A stretch of 64,000 bases of DNA. It comes from Podarcis bocagei. Taxonomy: Eukaryota. The stretch lies in the NCBI GenBank assembly GCA_964188305.1, contig OZ076885.1. One strand, given 5' to 3'. Below are positions 57,801 through 64,000 of this stretch, in pieces (position 1 is the stretch's first letter; each line of letters begins with the position of its first letter). The notes under the pieces are model-generated. The model did not search any database, was not told where the DNA came from, and saw only the letters and a program-made list of their open reading frames with translations. The position numbers were made by a program, and so were the translations under genes.

Positions 57801-59395
57801 ATGCATATGTGATTTATGGTTACAGGAAGGGCTGAGTTGAAGGAGCTGAAGAATAGGCCTTGGAAAAGCCAGAGGCTGAAGGAAGAAAAGCTCAGGGCTG
57901 GCGTAGAATATAGAAAAGCATCAAGGAGGACAACTGGAGTGAGTCATACATGGGTACTGCAGGTCAGTGTCACCAACCCACACTCTTAAGCCTCAGAGTC
58001 TTTGAAGAATTTATTCTGGGTCAAACCGGATTGTTCAAGGTGGCGGCCTTCCTCCCTAGCACAGATCAACCAGCAGCGCTTACTTTCCTCTCAGCCATCT
58101 TCACAAACCCATCTCTCATCTCAGACCCCCTTCTCTACTAGCGATTGATATTGTGAACCATCTTTCTCTTGCTCCAAGAAATCACAGCTTCAGGCATTCT
58201 CTCCAGATAGAATGAAGGATGGGGTTAAGGCAGGCGATCTGGGGCTGGTATAACCACTGGATTGGTCACTCCCTCCCCTCTCAAGGCACCTGTCACAGGG
58301 CCCTGTTGACAAAACTGACAGAGCTAGTTTTATCTTGCGTCTCAGCGGAGAAAAGCTTCTCTCCTCCCCAAACACACCAATTTCTTCCCTCTCGCTCCTC
58401 AAGTATCTCTTTTCCTCTGTTGGGTTGCTGCCAGTTCCAAAAAGTTAAGTAAAACTTGGGATTTTCCTCTCCAAATCAGGATTTTCTCCACCAAGGGGAG
58501 GGAAAAACAACTCCATTCCAGTATGCACCCCAAAGGAGAAAACCTATTCAACAATGGCAAATAAGCTGCATCCAGTTTAGGACCCCTCAAACGTTCAGCC
58601 GAAACCCACCAGCTTTGCCTGTCTTTCTGAAGCAGAAATGCCCTCTCTCTTTGACAAGATGCAACAGAGTCCCTCTAAATGTTCAATCCACTTTGTATTT
58701 CCCCACATCTTTCCAGCCCCCGCTTTATCCTGAGTCCTGCCTGTTCTCTTTTGTCTCCCCATCCCAACTTCTCTCAGATACTTCCCACCTGGGGTCTCTC
58801 CCTGCCTCCAGTCAAGTCAGTGGCCGCCACCACCACAAACAGAGCTGGGACACTTATAAGCCCCGAAACCTAGGCCTCAACACCTAATAAAGAAACAGGA
58901 GGAGAAGATGCAAACAGTGGCGAGATGCAGTGGGTACCTGGGACCGGTTCTTGTGTAGCACCCCTGACCTGGTGGCAGGGGAATGGGGTAGGGTTCTGGT
59001 TCCCCCCCCTTGATTAGAGGAGAAAGGACCACAGGTTTGGTCCCACTTGGTATGAGAGGGGCAGGGAAAACTGGGCTGAGGTCCTAGTCTCCTCAGCCCA
59101 TTATTCAAGGGGGCAAACCGTTAAAAACACAGCGTCGAAAGGGGCTTCCTCTCTCTGGAGATGAAGGTCACACTCGGACACTGAGGGAGAGGGGTCCTGT
59201 CCTGCTGCACCACGGAAACAAGCGCTCTCTGATGACGCCCCCTGCAGGGTTTCTTGTGCTCTGCACTGTGCGTTGAGGCTGCCAGGGGCTAGGCTGAGGG
59301 AAGGAGCAGGCTGTCCTGCTCAATGAAAGGGAAGCAGCTGAGACGGGCAAACGCCCCTCCTCTCCTCTCCCCTGCCCAAAGCTCCCCTGCGGTCA

Positions 59396-59524
59396 CTAGC
59401 TGCTAGTCCGGTGCTGCTTTAGCACTGTATAGACGTCGTCCACTTTGCTGAGTCTCTCAAAGAACGGCAGCAGGTCCAGGAGCTCCGTGTCAGCCATGTT
59501 GTCAAACCAAGAAGCCACAGGCAC
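59396..59524 (-). CDS. CTDSP1: CTDSP1 last coding exon ([12 protein letters not shown]...HRTSS*)
   Basis: cag| acceptor, TAG stop. Confidence 0.93.
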   Translation of the reverse strand: MPVASWFDNMADTELLDLLPFFERLSKVDDVYTVLKQHRTSS

Positions 59525-62500
59525 CTGCCACGGTGGGAGAAGGGAAGCGGTTAGGAGGCAAGTACGTAATGCATACAACAATGATAATGAGTTGTAGGTA
59601 GGCGTGCTTTGAGCCCAGAACAGTGCTCCGGCTGCCACAGTGTGCAAACAGTGGGAACAGTGGGGCCAAGACCAGGAGGCAGAGCCCCATTCTCCCCATC
59701 ATGGTGCATTGTGGGAATGGAAGAATGCCAGCCTAGTGCAAGAGCCGCCCAGACACACAGAGTCTCCCTCAGCCTTTTGTTGAGGGAGCTCTGCATAAAC
59801 TGTGTTTGCCCAAGTGTAAGGGGAATTTTGTAGTGCTGCTTTTGCCAACCTGGCCCCCTCCAGCTCTTTCTGGAGCAATTTTAAAACATCCCTGTTTACC
59901 CCAGGCATTTGATGTCTGAAATATGCTGCTTCCGGCAACCGCTGGCTGAGAGTGTGTGGTTGTTCTTAGCTATTTTTAAAATGCTTTTCAGTGAGGTTCT
60001 TACAGGTGTGTTTGCTACCCTGGGCTCCTGTGGGAGGAAGGGTGGGATATAAATTGAATGAATACGGTGATCCTAGTAATCCAACTCCCATTGGCCGCAG
60101 CCAATGAGAGTTGTAGTCCAAAAGAGCTGGACGGAAGCAGCTTGGTGAAGAGGAAAAGGGAGAGTGCTGCAGCGAAGTGCGAGAGGTCATCCCAAAGAAT
60201 GGGCATGTGACCATTGCACTGAGGTCCTCCCTTGCTCTGTTCTCCACCTGTATATTTTAAGCTTTGCTCTAGCATGCAGCTCTGTGCAGCAGGGTGGAGA
60301 AAGTGAGCCGGTACAGCTTTTTTGTTTTTGTTTTCTGCCTACACAACCCCCTCCTTCCGCTCCGCATTCCCAGCAAAAGCCAGGAAGCTGATGGCTACCT
60401 GGCCACTTACAGCATTATCTGGGTGGAAGACATAAGAAGCAGGCGAATTGTCCACTATGATGATCCGCGTCAGGTCGCGGCCCAGGCGGCTGAGGTCCTT
60501 GACGTAGTTTCCACGGTGGAAGACGCACGACTCGCGGAAGAGGCGGGCACGGAAGGCTCCCCACTTATCCAGCAGGTCAGCCACGGGGTCTGCATACTGG
60601 GGTTGGGAGGAGAAGGAGAGTCAGTTTGACCACACTCAGGTGTGTGTGCCTATTGCAAGGGATGGGACAGGATGGAACTGCTCCACTTGCATCCACGGAA
60701 GCCCACATCACCTTCCTCTGATGATTAGATTTCTGTTTCTTCCATCCCAGCAGGTAAGTGTGCGTATCCCCGGGGTTCTCGGCCAGTTTCCCTTGCCCAG
60801 GTAGAAGAACGGGGGCTAGGTTAGAGGAAAAGAACCGCTGCAAACCCTTTCCTCGGAGTGCTCATGTTTTACGTTCAAGCTCATCCAAATGCTTTATTGC
60901 AATGCACTCACTTTAAAAAGTTGTCCTCTCCTGACGACTTAATCCAGCTCTAATCCTGGATGGGAGGTTAACCCTCTCTACTCCAGTTTACAGTAGGGAT
61001 GAAGGGCTCTGTATTTCTGTTCGACAATCCACTGCAGAAGAAAAATCAGTGCTTGCCTGCCCAATGCAGCTTGCTTTTTCTTCCCAGTGCCTCAAGTTTC
61101 CCCAATGAGCCCACTATCTGGGTGTGGTAGGAGCAGGGGAGGAGTCTGAAGTCAACAATCACCCTTTCCAGTGTGGAGGTGGGAGGAGGAGAATCTCACC
61201 TTTGCCAGACTAGCGGTGAAGAGCACACACTCGAAGAGCTCACCCATCCGTCGTAGAAACTCATCCACATGCGGTCGCTTCAGGACATACACCTGGGGAG
61301 GGGAAGGGAGAGTATGGAGGTGGGGACGCAGGGCACAGATCCGCTCACTAGCTAGCTGAAGCATGGGGAGTCCCCACCCAGTCTTCCTGGCTAGTGAATA
61401 CCATGGGTACCATGTTGTTCTTCTCTTCAGCAGGTTTAGATTAAGCATCAACCCCAAGAGTGGAAGAAGAGACTGGCTAGTGGAACAAGTTGCCCAAGGA
61501 GCACACAGAGCTTTAGGAAGGTGCCTCTCATACCAGATCAGGTTATTTGTCCATTGAGCCCAGTGCTCCATACTCTGACTGGCAGTGGCTTGGGGAGTGG
61601 GGTGTTTGTCACATTATCCTTTCAGACTGGAAATGATGGGGAGTGAACCCATCATGCACTCTTCCACTCTTGGGGTTGATGCTCAACCTAAACCTGCTGA
61701 AGAGAAGATCAACATGGTACCCGTGGTATTTGCTAGCCAGGAAGACTGGGTGGGGACTCCCCATGCTTCAGGTGCTCTGTCCCCTAAGCTATGACTCAAC
61801 CGCAGCATGTGGCTGTTCAGGTACAGATGCCTGAGTCCAAAACACATATGTCTGGCTGCAAGTGCGACAAAAAACAGCCAGTCTCCAAAGCTTCAGTGGG
61901 AAGAATTTGGAAAAGGAGGATACAACACAGATTTAATATTAGTTCTTAGTATTTGAGGACAGGTTGGCAACTGATGTGAACTATCAAGATGGCTTGTGGA
62001 CATCAGAAAGGAGTACAGCTTGGAGAAACTTCTGTGAAGGATAGTTTATCCAGGCCTACATGAAAGATTGGCTCTAGAGGTCCTTGTTAGCCTTTGGAAT
62101 CCAACTCTAGGATCTCACACATCCCAAGACAAGATACTCTATGACTTTTCATCTAGTATCCTGATTCCACCCAGTATCCTGGGGCTGGCTCCCATGCATG
62201 GGCAACTTGGTACATCAGAACAAGTTCCTTTACTTCCTACATTTCAACATGCAGCACTCCATGGTTAGATGTCCCCTCTGAGATACAAAGTGTGTGATAT
62301 AAAATGGTATGGCTGGTCTAGATCACCCTGGAACCATTCAAAGCACCTGAAAAGTGTCTTCAGTGGTTAAGTTCCTCTTCAAAGGCTGATGGTACGGAGC
62401 TGTAGTATCCATCCTGGCTGGTGCTGCTGGCTGCCTCCAAGGCCAAGTAATCGAGAACAGGCTGACTGCAGTATTCACAGCCTATCCTGGATTACTTGAA

Positions 62501-62814
62501 CCTGGCCACCGCCTTTCTAAGTAGGGATGGAAAACATGAACGAAAGGGGTGCAAAAGCTCAGCCCCATCCTCCACCACAACTGACCCCCAAGCGGTTTCC
62601 TTCCTTTTCCTGAGCGCTGCATACCAGTGACTACCTCATAGTCACCTATGACGATTTAACATCAGCTATGAAATGCAGCAACCCCCTTTTGAGAATAGCA
62701 CTGCCAATACCAGAACCCCTCTTTTTACCCATTAGGCTCTCCCGGCAGCATCCATACCTGGTGCATGACCCCGTCAATCTCCACTGGGATGATGAAATCT
62801 GCATTGTTCACCGG
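59396..62814 (-). CDS. CTDSP1: CTD small phosphatase 1 (SCP1), last 4 coding exons; 5' exons lie beyond the window
   Basis: Exons 62814-62758, 61292-61200, 60596-60411, 59524-59396 in frame: [15 protein letters not shown]...[13 protein letters not shown]...[10 protein letters not shown]...[17 protein letters not shown]...VPVASWFD...*; synteny with VIL1 and intronic miR-26. Confidence 0.95.
60411..60596 (-). CDS. CTDSP1: CTDSP1 exon ([12 protein letters not shown]...FHPDNA)
   Basis: cag|...|gtaagt. Confidence 0.93.
61200..61292 (-). CDS. CTDSP1: CTDSP1 exon ([31 protein letters not shown])
   Basis: cag|...|gtgaga. Confidence 0.93.
61356..61771. repeat. Inverted repeat: arms 61356-61467 and 61660-61771 (112 bp, 6 mismatches)
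   Basis: Manual alignment of the left arm with the reverse complement of the right arm. Confidence 0.92.
62436..62507 (-). ncRNA. MIR26B: miR-26 precursor (positional orthologue of MIR26B) in CTDSP1 intron; mature 5p 62479-62500
   Basis: Minus strand reads TTCAAGTAATCCAGGATAGGCT, a loop, then AGCCTGTTCTCGATTACTTGGCC, which pair as a hairpin; miR-26 genes are known to sit in CTDSP-family introns. Confidence 0.95.
62758..62814 (-). CDS. CTDSP1: CTDSP1 exon ([19 protein letters not shown])
   Basis: cag|...|gtatgg. Confidence 0.92.
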
Positions 62815-64000
62815 CTGGGAAGGGACAGAGAGTTGGGAAGTTAAACCTCCTCTGCTGGCTTCCTCTGCTCTTCACATCTTCCCCACTACCAGGGTTGATT
62901 CTCATAACCGTACTCTCTCATCATATAAGATTAGGTTTCTGCAACAAGGCCATCTCTAGACTTTGGTGCTTCCTGCAAGTGAGCCATTTTGCTCCCTCAC
63001 ACTGTACTTCCTCTCCATCTGCCACCGTCTCTCAGGGCAACTGGCACTAGTACACATCTTTGGCAGCAGGAACTGAAGATGGCTCCTCTCTTACAGAGTG
63101 GTAAATGGAGCCTTCTCCTGGCCAGCAGAGCTAATGGTCAGCGGTGGTGGGAGTCTGGCAGCATCTGGAGGGACAGGTTCCTCACCGCTGCCTTACCCAC
63201 TGCTCCAGAAGAGCTGGTGGCAGCTGGTTAACCAGCAGCTGAAAGGCAGCACAAGGTCCGTACGGTGTAGCGAGGGCTGTTTCTGGGCAAAGCACAACCA
63301 GGGCTCTTGGGTTTGCCAGGAAAGGAATCCAGAGGCCTTTACTTCCAGGATTTATATGCTACCCAATAACAAAAGGTGGCTTACAACAAAGAGAAACTAT
63401 TACATTTTTAAAAATGTTGTCATGGTAGGAGAATAGGTAATGGCAAAAAAAAAAATCCCTCCAGATTTTGCAAACCTGAACGGCAGATTCCATTACCTGG
63501 GAAATATCAAATTGTGCAGCCTGGTTATATCATGAAACTAAAGACAGCTAGGTAGAAATGCACTTAAAATGCGGTGCAACTCAGGATGAGCAAACTGAGA
63601 AATGGAGCTACACATTCTGTAGGTGCTTCACCTAGCTTTGGTCCAGAAGGATGAGAATATTGGATTAGGGAAGAGAAAGGTGGAAGTGACACCTCTGGAT
63701 TTTATTCCCAAACTTGGGAAGTGGAGGAAGGGGGGCGCGTGCGCTAGTCATTAAAGGGACGGAGGCAGGAGTTAAAAGTGTCTTGGATTCTGCACTAAGG
63801 AGAGGATAATCATGTGAACCTCCTTGATTTCCAAATAGTGGGGATGTGGATTATAAATTCTCTTAAAATTTATAAATAAAGCTGTCTGGATGGAGAGTCA
63901 ACAAAGGCTAGAGCAGGCAGTGGGGTGTTTGTGTGCAAAACAGTTGAGAAAGGACTAACCTTAAAGGAGCTATGTACCAATGTCTCATCCAGGTCAATGA

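Noticed and set aside
51862-59350. Many 60-145 aa ORFs between VIL1 and CTDSP1
   Set aside because: No homologous motifs; the region is repeat-derived, intergenic or CTDSP1 3'UTR. I could not place the CTDSP1 poly(A) site confidently.

Overview
Vertebrate nuclear DNA, most likely a lacertid-type lizard (inferred from Sauria SINEs and other squamate-type repeats). It carries the conserved USP37-VIL1-CTDSP1 block. The last 12 coding exons of USP37 lie on + (405-12422) with a long 3'UTR. A complete 19-coding-exon villin-1 gene lies on - (37632-17897, 827 aa, tail-to-tail with USP37). The last 4 coding exons of CTDSP1 lie on - (62814-59396) with the intronic miR-26 hairpin. Repeats include a young L2-clade LINE with an intact APE+RT ORF, Sauria and tRNA-derived SINEs, Tc1/mariner and hAT MITEs, and L1 and Penelope fragments. 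Most notable: (1) a mariner-type MITE inserted into the TA of a VIL1 5' splice site, weakening it to GTACCG and recreating a consensus GTAAGT donor 171 nt further on, behind a stop codon; (2) a 112-bp, ~95% identical inverted duplication in the miR-26 host intron of CTDSP1; (3) a Penelope-derived minimal hammerhead ribozyme motif between CTDSP1 and VIL1. Exons were read by hand from splice signals and frame continuity. Gene and repeat-family names rest on recalled homologues, not database searches. Most short ORFs in the supplied track are noise or exon fragments.
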